NCBI GenBank assembly: GCA_045580605.1 | Contig: JAZNOC010000055.1 | Location: 1 to 37,057 of the forward strand | Origin: Clostridia bacterium | Lineage (GTDB): Bacteria > Bacillota > Clostridia > UMGS1883 | Direction of reading: 5' to 3' | DNA length: 37,057 nucleotides | Translations under genes and position numbers: made by a program | The notes under the pieces: model-generated | The model's input: the letters and a program-made list of their open reading frames with translations, nothing else | Database searches by the model: none | What the model was told of the DNA's origin: nothing | In this document: positions 9,144-18,770 of the stretch, one piece after another | Numbering within the stretch: the first letter of the stretch is position 1 | How the letters are laid out: each line of letters starts with the position of its first letter

Positions 9144-10547
9144 ATGGCTAATAAAAGCGTTAAAATAACAGAAACAATTCTTCGTGATGCTCATCAGTCG
9201 CTTATAGCTACAAGAATGACAACCGAGGAAATGCTCGGGGCAGTCGAGCTTCTTGACAAGGTAGGCTTTAATGCTCTCGAAGCATGGGGCGGCGCAACAT
9301 TTGACAGTTGCCTTCGTTTTCTCAACGAAGACCCGTGGGAAAGACTTAGAAAAATCAAGGACAAAGCAAAGAACACCCCTCTCCAGATGCTTTTCAGGGG
9401 ACAAAATATTCTTGGCTATCGCCACTACGGTGATGATGTAGTTGAATATTTTGTGCAGAAGTCAATAGCAAACGGTATTGATATTATAAGAATTTTCGAT
9501 GCACTTAACGACATCAGAAATCTCAGAACTGCAATCAATGCAACAATAAAGGAAAAGGGTCATGTTCAGGCGGCTATTTCTTATACAATCAGCCCTGTTC
9601 ATACAAACGAAAGCTTTATTGACCTTGCAAAGCAGCTCGAGGATATGGGCGCAAGCTCTATCTGTATAAAGGATATGGCAGGTCTTCTTACACCTTACAA
9701 TGCATTTGACCTTGTATCAGGCATGAAAAAGGCAGTAAATATCCCGATTGAGCTTCATACACACTATACAAGCGGTGTTGCTTCAATGACATATCTCAAG
9801 GCTATTGAAGCAGGCGTGGATATTGTGGACTGTGCTCTTTCACCCTTTGCTCTTGGTACATCTCAGCCCGCTACAGAGGCACTTGTTGCAACTCTTCAGG
9901 GCACAGAGTATGACACAGGCTATGACCTTAATCTTCTCAGTGATATTGCAGACTACTTCAGACCAATCCGTGAGAAATATCTCGAAAGCGGAACTCTTAA
10001 CCCCAAGGCTTTGGCAGTTGATGTTAACACACTTAAATATCAGGTTCCGGGCGGAATGCTCTCAAACCTCATTTCACAGCTTAAACAGCTCGGTGCGGAG
10101 GACAAGTTCCAGGAGGTTCTTAAGGAGGTTCCCCGTGTGCGTGAGGATGCAGGCTTCCCGCCGCTCGTAACACCTACAAGCCAGATTGTAGGTACTCAGG
10201 CAGTGTTTAACGTTGTTCTCGGCGAAAGATATAAAAATGTTACAAAGGAATTCCGTGGACTTATCCGTGGTGAATACGGAAAGACCTCGGTTGAGGTTAA
10301 CCCCGAATTTGTGAAGAAGATTATCGGCGATGATAAGGTTATTACCGGCAGACCCGCCGATGATATCCCCAACGAGCTTGATAAGTTCAGAAGCGAAATA
10401 AGCGAATATATCGAACAGGATGAGGACGTGCTCAGCTATGCGCTCTTTGGACCTGTTGCAACAAAGTTCTTTGAATATCGTCAGGGTCAGAAATATAAAA
10501 TAGATTCTGAGCTTGTGGATAAGGAAAATAACATCCATCCGATGTAA
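9144..10547 (+). CDS. oadA: Oxaloacetate decarboxylase alpha / transcarboxylase 5S-type carboxyltransferase, without a biotinyl domain
   Basis: ITETILRDAHQSL and HTHYTSGVA indicate an HMGL-like TIM barrel plus PYC_OADA domain. At 467 aa it ends before any biotinyl domain. Confidence 0.85.
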   Translation: MANKSVKITETILRDAHQSLIATRMTTEEMLGAVELLDKVGFNALEAWGGATFDSCLRFLNEDPWERLRKIKDKAKNTPLQMLFRGQNILGYRHYGDDVVEYFVQKSIANGIDIIRIFDALNDIRNLRTAINATIKEKGHVQAAISYTISPVHTNESFIDLAKQLEDMGASSICIKDMAGLLTPYNAFDLVSGMKKAVNIPIELHTHYTSGVASMTYLKAIEAGVDIVDCALSPFALGTSQPATEALVATLQGTEYDTGYDLNLLSDIADYFRPIREKYLESGTLNPKALAVDVNTLKYQVPGGMLSNLISQLKQLGAEDKFQEVLKEVPRVREDAGFPPLVTPTSQIVGTQAVFNVVLGERYKNVTKEFRGLIRGEYGKTSVEVNPEFVKKIIGDDKVITGRPADDIPNELDKFRSEISEYIEQDEDVLSYALFGPVATKFFEYRQGQKYKIDSELVDKENNIHPM

Positions 10548-10556
10548 AAGAAATTT

Positions 10557-10592
10557 AAAAACAGACTGATTGAAAAATCAGTCTGTTTTTTG
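10557..10592 (+). terminator. Rho-independent terminator of the decarboxylase operon
   Basis: ACAGACTGATT-GAAA-AATCAGTCTGT forms an 11-bp stem followed by TTTTT. Confidence 0.8.
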
Positions 10593-10653
10593 TTTAACAT
10601 TGGAAAACTTAGACAATAATATAAACAAATCCCATTCGGAAGGATTGATTTGT

Positions 10654-12168
10654 TTGAGCGAAGTTATTCTTGAAATGAAAAATATAAAAAAGAGCTTTTC
10701 GGGTGTGCCCGCACTTAAGAATGCGGCGCTTGAGGTGAAGATGGGCGAGGTACATGCCCTGATGGGCGAAAACGGTGCGGGAAAGTCAACGCTTATGAAA
10801 ATTCTGTGCGGGATATACCGTGCTGACTCAGGCAGCATAACATATTTCGGGAGCGAAAGAAGATTTGAAAATATTTCCCAATCACAACAGGCGGGGATAT
10901 GTGTTATTCATCAGGAGCTTAATATGCTCAGCCACCTTACCGTTGCACAAAATATATATATCGGACGGGAACCAAAGAAGGGAATATTCATAGACGACAA
11001 AAAGATGGAAAAGGATACGTCTATTCTTTTTAAGAAAATTGGGGTTGATATCTCACCGTCTGCAAAGCTCGGGGCCCTCACCGTGGGTAAACAACAGATG
11101 GTAGAAATTGCAAAGGCAATATCGCACGAAAGCAGGCTCCTTATCCTCGATGAGCCAACTGCTGCACTCTCTGACAGGGAGTCTGAGGAGCTTTTTAAGA
11201 TAATGAATGAGCTAAGAGGCAAAGGCATCGGTATGGTTTACATCTCGCATCGTATGAACGAAATAAAAAGAATTTCCGACCGTGTTACGATTATGCGTGA
11301 TGGAGAATATATAGGAACGGTAAACACAGCTGAAACCACTCAGGAAGAAATAGTTAAAATGATGGTCGGGCGAGAAATAGGAAGCATTAACAAGACAAAA
11401 AGCAATGTAAAACCCGATGCAAAAACTGTTCTCGAGGTAAAGAATATAAAAAATAACGATACTGTTCACGGTGTAAGTTTTAAACTCAGAAAGGGTGAAA
11501 TCTTAGGAATATCAGGTCTTATGGGAGCAGGAAGAACAGAGCTTGTACGCCTTATCTACGGGGCAGAGAAAAAGTCGGGCGGTGAAATTTTTATAAACGG
11601 AGTAAAAAAAGATATTCGCACGCCCGAAGAGGCGGTATCTGCAGGCGTTTGCTATCTTTCCGAGGACAGAAAAAGATACGGTCTGCTTGTCGAGAAAAAC
11701 GTGGCAGAAAACACCTCTCTTTCGTCAATTGATAAATATATACAAAACGGCTTCATTGATGATAAGCGCATCTATAAGGACTCAGTGTGGATAAACAGTG
11801 AACTTAGAACAAAGGCGGCATCGGTTACCCAGACAGTGCGTGAGCTTTCGGGCGGAAACCAGCAGAAAATCGTTATTTCAAAATGGCTTCTCCGTGATGC
11901 TGATATCTTTATATTTGATGAGCCGACACGTGGCATTGATATCGGTGCAAAAAGCGAAATATATTCCCTTATAGAAAAACTGGCTGCATCAGGGAAATCG
12001 GTTATTATGATATCTTCAGAGCTTGCGGAAATTTTAAGGCTGAGCGACAGAATTTTAGTAATGTGCGAGGGATATCTTACAGGCGAGCTTGATATCAGCG
12101 AAGCCACTCAGGAAAAAATTATGCAGCTTGCAACGCGAAGAAAAGCTATAGGAGGTAACAGAAAATGA
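10654..12168 (+). CDS. Sugar ABC transporter ATP-binding protein (RbsA/MglA-type, duplicated ATPase)
   Basis: Two ABC cassettes: Walker A GENGAGKST and GLMGAGRTE, plus signature LSGGNQQK. The ORF-track start at 10570 lies inside the upstream terminator. I propose TTG at 10654 (giving MSEVILEMKNI), with ATG at 10675 as an alternative. Confidence 0.85.
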   Translation: MSEVILEMKNIKKSFSGVPALKNAALEVKMGEVHALMGENGAGKSTLMKILCGIYRADSGSITYFGSERRFENISQSQQAGICVIHQELNMLSHLTVAQNIYIGREPKKGIFIDDKKMEKDTSILFKKIGVDISPSAKLGALTVGKQQMVEIAKAISHESRLLILDEPTAALSDRESEELFKIMNELRGKGIGMVYISHRMNEIKRISDRVTIMRDGEYIGTVNTAETTQEEIVKMMVGREIGSINKTKSNVKPDAKTVLEVKNIKNNDTVHGVSFKLRKGEILGISGLMGAGRTELVRLIYGAEKKSGGEIFINGVKKDIRTPEEAVSAGVCYLSEDRKRYGLLVEKNVAENTSLSSIDKYIQNGFIDDKRIYKDSVWINSELRTKAASVTQTVRELSGGNQQKIVISKWLLRDADIFIFDEPTRGIDIGAKSEIYSLIEKLAASGKSVIMISSELAEILRLSDRILVMCEGYLTGELDISEATQEKIMQLATRRKAIGGNRK

Positions 12169-13133
12169 AAACAACTTCGCAAATGAAATTCAGGCAAAAC
12201 ACCATAATCATAGTAGCGCTTGTACTTCTTATGCTTGTTTTTGCAATGCTTAATGTGCATTTTATAGACAGATTTAACATTGTTAGTATGGCTCAGTCGC
12301 TTGCGCCCTACGCCATTATGGGTCTCGGAGTAACATTTGTTATAGCATCGGGTGGTATCGACCTTTCAATCGGTACGGTCTGTATTGCATCGGCAGTTAT
12401 TGCAGGCAGGCTTTTTATGAATGGAATGCCGCTTTTTATGACCATCCCTGTGATGATTTTAATTGGCGGAATTTTTGGAGTGCTAAACGGCTTTCTTGTT
12501 GCAAAGCTCGGTCTGCCAAGCTTTATCGCAACGCTCGGTACGATGATGCTTTCGCGAGGACTCAGTGCACTGTTGGTTTCAATACCAAATATTTTTTTCT
12601 CGAGCGGAACGTGGTTTAACAAAGCTTTTTCCAATTACAACGGCTTCCCTACAGGGCTTGTGTGGATAATACTTTTTGCCGTTTTGTGTGCATATCTGAT
12701 GTATAAAAACAAAATTGGAAGATACATCCTTGCCATAGGCAGTAACGAGGAGGCAACTCGACTTTCAGGAATAAATACCGATAAATACAAAATGATTGCC
12801 TATATACTAAGCGGCCTTGGTGCAGGTATTGCGGCAATATTCTGGGCGGCATCGTTTGCAACGGTTGCCACTGCAACGGGTAACGGAATGGAGCTTGATG
12901 CTATTGCGGGAGTTTATATCGGCGGAACATCGGCGGCAGGCGGTGTGGCATCTGTTTCAGGCTCAGTTATCGGTGCGGCACTTCTTGTAGTAATCCGTAA
13001 CGGACTTAATTTTGTGCTTGCAAAGTTCAATCTAAACTTAAATTCCACCTATGTAACCTACGTGCTGACAGGAATTATTGTTATTGCAGCAGTGCTTACA
13101 GATGTGGTTAAAACAAAAAGTAAAAAGGAGTAA
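12165..13133 (+). CDS. Sugar ABC transporter permease (RbsC/AraH family)
   Basis: About 10 TM segments. GGIDLSIGT and LSRGLS motifs. ATGA overlap with the ATPase gene. Confidence 0.85.
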   Translation: MKTTSQMKFRQNTIIIVALVLLMLVFAMLNVHFIDRFNIVSMAQSLAPYAIMGLGVTFVIASGGIDLSIGTVCIASAVIAGRLFMNGMPLFMTIPVMILIGGIFGVLNGFLVAKLGLPSFIATLGTMMLSRGLSALLVSIPNIFFSSGTWFNKAFSNYNGFPTGLVWIILFAVLCAYLMYKNKIGRYILAIGSNEEATRLSGINTDKYKMIAYILSGLGAGIAAIFWAASFATVATATGNGMELDAIAGVYIGGTSAAGGVASVSGSVIGAALLVVIRNGLNFVLAKFNLNLNSTYVTYVLTGIIVIAAVLTDVVKTKSKKE

Positions 13134-13137
13134 GGAA

Positions 13138-14175
13138 ATGAGAAAACGTTTATTTACGCTGATTTTATGCGTGCTTTTGCTGTTTATGATGTCGGCATGC
13201 AGCAGCGGCGGGAGTGAGAACACAAGCAAAACAATTGCCGTGATTGCAAAGGGAGAGTCCCACGCATTCTGGCAGTCGGTAAAAAGCGGTGCCGAGGATG
13301 CCGCCGAAAAATACGGCTACACAATCACGTTCCGCGGTCCTGCAAGTGAGTCAGCAAAGGATATCCCCGCACAGCAGGAAATGATACAAACTGCTCTTTC
13401 AAACAACGTAGCAGGTATGGTGGTTGCAACAATAGGCGAAGGCTTTACAGACTCGCTCGTTCAGGCTTATGAACGCAAAATCCCCGTTGTGCAATTTGAC
13501 AGCGGTATCTGGGAAAAGGATATAGAAACACTTAATAATAACAATAAAAATCCTATAAAGTCATCGGTTGCAACCGATAATCGCATAGCGGCGGCACTTG
13601 CTGCGGAAAAGTTTTACGAGGCACTCCGCTCCGATATTTCGAAAAGCGAGAAATACATTCTCGGCATAATTCAGCACGATGAAACGCAAACGGGCATTGA
13701 CCGAGCAGGAGGATTTGAAGACAGATTTAAAGAGCTTGCCGAAGAAAATGATGACACAAAAGGCAAAGTTACAATTTACAAGGAAGTAAAACCAGGCGAT
13801 GCCGAAAATGCCTACAAAACAGCACTTGAAGCACTTGCCGACAAAGGGGCATCTGCAATATTTATGTCAAACGAGGGCGTTGTAAAGCAGGTCTACGATG
13901 CTGCATCTGCCGCAGGAACAAAGTACGACAAAATAAAATTCTGCGGTTTTGACGGTGGTACAAAGCAGATTGAATGGATGAAAGCCACCAAAGGTCCCAA
14001 GCTTATCGGCTCTGTTGTTCAGGACTCCTACAATATCGGATATCGTGCGGCAGAGCAGGTGATTTTTGCTATTGAGGGAAAATCAACAGAAAAAGAGGTT
14101 GCAATAGAGGGTGCATGGTGGGACAGCAGCAATGTTGACGAAATGATTCAGAAAAATCTTGTCTATAAAGGTTAA
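13138..14175 (+). CDS. Sugar ABC substrate-binding lipoprotein (type I periplasmic binding fold)
   Basis: Lipobox LLFMMSAC after ATG at 13138 (SD AAAGGAG). RbsB-like IAVIAKGESHAFWQSVKSGAEDAA. Confidence 0.8.
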   Translation: MRKRLFTLILCVLLLFMMSACSSGGSENTSKTIAVIAKGESHAFWQSVKSGAEDAAEKYGYTITFRGPASESAKDIPAQQEMIQTALSNNVAGMVVATIGEGFTDSLVQAYERKIPVVQFDSGIWEKDIETLNNNNKNPIKSSVATDNRIAAALAAEKFYEALRSDISKSEKYILGIIQHDETQTGIDRAGGFEDRFKELAEENDDTKGKVTIYKEVKPGDAENAYKTALEALADKGASAIFMSNEGVVKQVYDAASAAGTKYDKIKFCGFDGGTKQIEWMKATKGPKLIGSVVQDSYNIGYRAAEQVIFAIEGKSTEKEVAIEGAWWDSSNVDEMIQKNLVYKG

Positions 14176-14230
14176 TATTTAATTGAGTATTGAATATATA
14201 TAAAATAAAAAATTAAAAGGGGAGAAATTA

Positions 14231-15556
14231 ATGAGAAGAATTTTAAAGAAATCGGCAATCCTTTTCACAGTGGCGGCAATGGCGCTTTCCTGCGCGTCAG
14301 CGGCATTTGCTCAGTCCGAGATGGACAACATGGTTTTTGCAGGCTATGACCTTACAAATCCCGAAAGTCCGAACAGAATCTATAACGAGGTTATAGGTGG
14401 TCAGTATACAAACAAGCAGGTGCTTGTACCGGTTTCACCTCAGTGGAAAGCCGAGGGCTATGAGGCAGTTTATCCTTATGCAGGCTACAGCAGAATGTAT
14501 CTTGATAACAAAAAACAGCCCATTACTGCATACAATAACCTCTTCCCGCAGTGGGAAACGAGGCGCAGGGATTATATGTGGGAAATAAAGGCTCCGTATA
14601 TCATTTGGGAACGTCAGCAGACAAAGGTGAACGGAAAGACATGGCAATGGGACTACGGCAACGAAAAATTCGGAATTTCAGATTCCGTAGTTAAAACAAG
14701 AACAAACCGTCAGGCTTATGTTACCGATATTTCTATGAAAAAGTATGGCTTCGGCAGTTATCTTAAGGATGGAACTCCTTTAAATGATGCAAACGAAAAG
14801 ATGTATCAGTACTTCGGTGTAAAGGCATCTGACGAGTGGAAGCAACTTGTGAGTTCAACTCTTACAGTCCAGAAACTCAGCGAAAAGGACGAAAACAACC
14901 GCTATGTTTTAACTGACGAATATTTAAAATCAATTATTCCTGTAGTTCGCAGTAAATTCATAACCGCAAAGTTCAACGCAAAGGGAAATGCAGGTCTTGC
15001 AACAAAGAATGTAGCAGCCGAATATCTTCTCCATGCAGATGACAACTGGCAGTGGGACGGCGACTCCTTTGATGTTGTATATAATGCCAAGATTGACTGG
15101 ACAAAACCATCCTACGAAATGGCAGAGCCGTATAACTACTACCAGTATCTTATAGTTGACGGCGTAGTACTCGATGGTACAAACGGCAAGGACAGAATTC
15201 TTCGCTATACAGGCGGCAAGGCAACACCCAAGGTGGAGTGGAAATTCGCATTCTTCCAGCTTGCACAAAATAGCGAGGGTGCAGACGTATATGAAGTTGT
15301 AGAACAAAAATATGTTGGCGGTGCTAAGGCAACAAATGCTCAGGGCGAATATATCTACAGAATTCCCACAGGCGAATATGCAAACACTTACTTTAAACTT
15401 AACGGTAATCTGATAGAGTACTGGGCAGTTGACCGCAAGGGTAATAAATCACTGCTTGCCACAACCCCGAATACCACGGGAAATCTAGGCGGTCTTATTG
15501 ATGCTTATATGAGCGGGTCAATAAAGTATAACGGATACGTTCCATCAGACAATTAA
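14231..15556 (+). CDS. Secreted protein of unknown function, Trp/Tyr-rich with an internal repeat
   Basis: Signal peptide ending ASAAFAQ. Internal repeat: QWKAEGYEAVYPYAGYSRMYLDN versus DWTKPSYEMAEPYNYYQYLIVDG. There is no terminator between it and the ABC genes. Confidence 0.5.
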   Translation: MRRILKKSAILFTVAAMALSCASAAFAQSEMDNMVFAGYDLTNPESPNRIYNEVIGGQYTNKQVLVPVSPQWKAEGYEAVYPYAGYSRMYLDNKKQPITAYNNLFPQWETRRRDYMWEIKAPYIIWERQQTKVNGKTWQWDYGNEKFGISDSVVKTRTNRQAYVTDISMKKYGFGSYLKDGTPLNDANEKMYQYFGVKASDEWKQLVSSTLTVQKLSEKDENNRYVLTDEYLKSIIPVVRSKFITAKFNAKGNAGLATKNVAAEYLLHADDNWQWDGDSFDVVYNAKIDWTKPSYEMAEPYNYYQYLIVDGVVLDGTNGKDRILRYTGGKATPKVEWKFAFFQLAQNSEGADVYEVVEQKYVGGAKATNAQGEYIYRIPTGEYANTYFKLNGNLIEYWAVDRKGNKSLLATTPNTTGNLGGLIDAYMSGSIKYNGYVPSDN

Positions 15557-15561
15557 ACGTA

Positions 15562-15592
15562 AAATACGGTGTGCAATGCACACCGTATTTTT
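15562..15592 (+). terminator. Rho-independent terminator
   Basis: AATACGGTGTGCA / TGCACACCGTATT forms a 13-bp stem followed by a T-run. Confidence 0.8.
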
Positions 15593-15615
15593 GTATTTTC
15601 TTTTTAATATTTTTG

Positions 15616-15644
15616 TTGAAATGAAAAATATAAAATGCTATAAT
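15616..15644 (+). promoter_or_regulatory. Sigma-A type promoter of the two-component operon
   Basis: TTGAAA (15616-15621), 17-nt spacer ending in TGC, TATAAT (15639-15644). Confidence 0.6.
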
Positions 15645-15686
15645 ATAATGAGATGGGAATTTCAATCGGGAAAGGATAGATTTTAT

Positions 15687-16370
15687 ATGAAAATACTTAT
15701 TGTTGATGACGAAAAACTGCTTGTAAAGGGCATAAAATTTAATCTTGAACAAGACGGCTACGAAACAGAAGTCGCTTATGACGGTGAGGAGGCCCTCAAG
15801 CTTGCTCGTGATAAAAGTATATCCTTAATTATACTCGATTTAATGCTCCCCAATGTTGACGGGCTTACTGTTTGTCAGAAAATTCGTGAGTTTTCGACAG
15901 TGCCGATAATTATGCTTACGGCAAAAACTGAGGATATGGATAAAATCTTAGGCCTTGAGTACGGTGCTGATGACTACCTTACAAAGCCATTTAACATTCT
16001 TGAACTTAAGGCAAGGATAAAGGCGATTTTAAGACGTAGCTCAAGTGCGAGTGTTACAAGTGCAAAAAGCGTAACAACAGTCGGCGGAATAGAGCTTGAC
16101 TACAATCTCAGGAGAATAAGAATAGGAGACAAGTCTATTGAGCTTACAGCCAAGGAATTTGACCTTTGCGACCTTTTCATATCAAATCCTGGAAAGGTTT
16201 ATTCAAGAGATAATCTTCTTGACATTGTCTGGGGCTATGATTATCCGGGCGATATCAGAACGGTTGACGTTCATGTAAGAAGGCTTCGTGAGAAGATTGA
16301 GCCTGACGCAGCCGCTCCCACATATATACTCACAAAATGGGGGGTAGGTTACTATTTTAAAGAAAATTAA
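15687..16370 (+). CDS. OmpR/PhoB-family response regulator
   Basis: MKILIVDDE receiver domain with LDLMLP and a KPF motif. C-terminal winged helix (LTAKEFDL, RTVDVHVRRLREKIE). Confidence 0.9.
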   Translation: MKILIVDDEKLLVKGIKFNLEQDGYETEVAYDGEEALKLARDKSISLIILDLMLPNVDGLTVCQKIREFSTVPIIMLTAKTEDMDKILGLEYGADDYLTKPFNILELKARIKAILRRSSSASVTSAKSVTTVGGIELDYNLRRIRIGDKSIELTAKEFDLCDLFISNPGKVYSRDNLLDIVWGYDYPGDIRTVDVHVRRLREKIEPDAAAPTYILTKWGVGYYFKEN

Positions 16371-16377
16371 GGAGAAT

Positions 16378-17778
16378 ATGCATAGCATACGCTTTAAGCT
16401 TGTGCTGACATATTTTATCATAATCATACTTACATTGGGCTTTATAGGGACATACCTTACAAACTCAATGCAGCAGTATACACTTAATCAGAAAAAAATA
16501 CAAACGCTTTCTCAGGCTAATGTAATTGCGGGATATATTTCTCAGTATCAGGACCTTAGCGAGGAAAGCATCAACTATTTGCTTGAGCAGCAGCAGGTAG
16601 CAAGCAACAGCCGTGTGCTTATGCTTGATATGGATGCAAGGGTAACGTATGACTCAAACAATGGCGTTATGCAGGATATCTATATGCCGACGAGTGCTAT
16701 TCTCAGTGCGATTGAGGGTAGTAATACTGACGAAAAGGTCTATGACCCCAACGGCGATCTCATTATCGGTGCAGCAGTGCCAATAATAAAAAACAAGATT
16801 GTAACAGGAGTTATTTATTATCAGACCTCTGCTCAGGATACGGTTGACTTTATGAATCAGATATGGATGACAATGCTTATGCTTGCACTTTTAGTCAGCA
16901 TAATAGTTGGCGTTGTAAGCTTTGTAATGGCAGGCATAATTACTGCGCCTATCACAGACCTTACTGATAAAATAAGCAAGGCTGCAGACGAAAACACCGA
17001 CTTTTTCATTGAAGAAAAACTAAGTGGCGAGGTTGGGCGGCTTATCGATTCATTTAACAAAATAACGGATAAAATTCATACGCAGGAGCAAAAAAGACAG
17101 GAGTTTGTTTCAAACGCCTCGCACGAGCTTAAGACGCCGCTAAGCTCCATAAAGCTTATCAGTGATTCGCTTCTCAATGTTCCCGATGCAACGCGTGAAA
17201 TGACAAACGAATTTCTGACCGATATGAACATTCAGGTCGAAAGGCTTACCAGAATTGTAGATAAGCTGCTTACACTCACAAAAATGGATAATGATCAAAA
17301 TGTATCAAGGATGGAATTTGCCGTAACTGATCTTACCGAGCTTTGCACAAATATAGTCAAGGCGCTTCGCCCGCTTGCAGAACAAAAGCACATTACCCTG
17401 AGCTATGAGGCAGAGGCAACAATTTATTCCAAGGTTGAACGCGACAGGATTTGGGAAGCAATTTACAACATAATAGATAACAGCATCAAATATACAAAAG
17501 AAGGCGGAAATGTAGACGTTACCGTCTTTAAAGAAGAAAACAATGTTATAATAACGGTTAAAGACACAGGCATTGGTATTGCGTCTGAGGAAAGGTACAA
17601 AATCTTCGACAGATTCTACCGTGTGGATAAGGCACGTGCAAGAGAAACCGGCGGTACAGGTCTTGGCCTTTCAATTGCACTTACTGCTGTTGAGCTTCAC
17701 GGTGGTAACATTCAGGTAGACAGTGAGGAAGGTGTAGGAAGTACATTCCGCATAATAATTCCCATTACGTTTAAGTAA
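16378..17778 (+). CDS. Sensor histidine kinase (2 TM, extracytoplasmic loop, HAMP, HisKA, HATPase)
   Basis: H-box FVSNASHELKTPLS, N-box, and G-boxes DTGIGI / GGTGLGLSI. Confidence 0.9.
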   Translation: MHSIRFKLVLTYFIIIILTLGFIGTYLTNSMQQYTLNQKKIQTLSQANVIAGYISQYQDLSEESINYLLEQQQVASNSRVLMLDMDARVTYDSNNGVMQDIYMPTSAILSAIEGSNTDEKVYDPNGDLIIGAAVPIIKNKIVTGVIYYQTSAQDTVDFMNQIWMTMLMLALLVSIIVGVVSFVMAGIITAPITDLTDKISKAADENTDFFIEEKLSGEVGRLIDSFNKITDKIHTQEQKRQEFVSNASHELKTPLSSIKLISDSLLNVPDATREMTNEFLTDMNIQVERLTRIVDKLLTLTKMDNDQNVSRMEFAVTDLTELCTNIVKALRPLAEQKHITLSYEAEATIYSKVERDRIWEAIYNIIDNSIKYTKEGGNVDVTVFKEENNVIITVKDTGIGIASEERYKIFDRFYRVDKARARETGGTGLGLSIALTAVELHGGNIQVDSEEGVGSTFRIIIPITFK

Positions 17779-17798
17779 TTTCGAAAGGAAGGGATTAT

Positions 17799-18713
17799 AT
17801 GAAAAAGGTATTATCACTTATAATTACAATAGCCTTGGCTACAGCGCTCATTTCAGCGTGCGGAAAATCAAATAAAATGGTAAGTGTGTATTTTAAGGAT
17901 GCAACTGAAAATAAGCTCAATGAAGAAAAACGTGCAATTCCGGAAAAAGATAAAAAGGATGCAAAGGAAATTGCGAAATTTGCCGTTGCACAAATGATAG
18001 CTGGCCCACAAAGTGAGGGCAACAAGGCTCTTTTTCCCGAAAATACAAAGCTTCTTAGCATTGCCATAAATGGCGGTGTTGCAACGCTTGATTTTTCAAA
18101 ATCCTATAACGAAGCCCATAACGTTTCGGCGCTGCTTTTAAGACTTTCTATTGTAAATACGCTGTGCGGGATTAATGGTATCGACGGTGTTGTAATAAAT
18201 GTCGAGGGTAAGCCCATAGTTTCTGAAAGCACAGGAAAGGAGTTTGGTGTTCTTTCGCTTGAAAATATAGCGTTTGAAACTAACGATGTCCAAAACGGCG
18301 AAAAAACCACGGTCTCCCTTTATTTTCCGCAGAAAAACGGCGACAAGCTTGTCCGTGAAAATCGCAGTATAAAGCTTCAGAGTGCACTTTCGCTTGAAAA
18401 GGCAGTTATAGGTGAACTTATTAAAGGACCCGAAAAGGATGGCTGCACTCGTGCACTTCCCACTGATGTAAAGCTCATCGGTATAGAAACAAAGAACAAT
18501 GTTTGTTTTGTAAACTTCTCAAGCGAGTTTGTTTCAAAAACTCCGTCCAGTTCCCTTACAACAACGCTTTCGCTGTATTCAGTTGTAAACTCTCTTTGCG
18601 AACTTGAAGGCGTAGAAAGCGTTCAGATACTTGTTAACGGAGAAAACGGTGTAGAATTTGGTAACTTCGTACTTGATATTCCCTACGAAAAGAATGACGG
18701 TATAGTGAAATGA
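17799..18713 (+). CDS. Lipoprotein with two GerM-like domains
   Basis: Lipobox ALISAC. Two repeats of the pattern VYF...GP...TKLLSI..NGGVATLDFS, typical of the GerM sporulation/germination domain. Confidence 0.7.
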   Translation: MKKVLSLIITIALATALISACGKSNKMVSVYFKDATENKLNEEKRAIPEKDKKDAKEIAKFAVAQMIAGPQSEGNKALFPENTKLLSIAINGGVATLDFSKSYNEAHNVSALLLRLSIVNTLCGINGIDGVVINVEGKPIVSESTGKEFGVLSLENIAFETNDVQNGEKTTVSLYFPQKNGDKLVRENRSIKLQSALSLEKAVIGELIKGPEKDGCTRALPTDVKLIGIETKNNVCFVNFSSEFVSKTPSSSLTTTLSLYSVVNSLCELEGVESVQILVNGENGVEFGNFVLDIPYEKNDGIVK

Positions 18714-18719
18714 TAACAA

Positions 18720-18747
18720 GTGCGATCGAAAGGTCGCACTTTGTTTG
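18720..18747 (+). terminator. Weak terminator/attenuator hairpin
   Basis: GTGCGATC-GAAA-GGTCGCAC followed by TTTGTTTG. Confidence 0.4.
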
Positions 18748-18770
18748 CACATAGGAAAGGAGAAAGGAAA

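Noticed and set aside
10570-10653. N-terminal extensions given by the ORF track, for example the ABC ATPase from 10570. Others are pflA from 2339, rluB from 4384, the binding protein from 13078, the response regulator from 15576, thiT from 28330 and nagA from 30812.
   Set aside because: The extensions run through terminators, promoters, a riboswitch or the upstream gene. They are also not homologous to the families. Internal starts with SD sequences were used instead.
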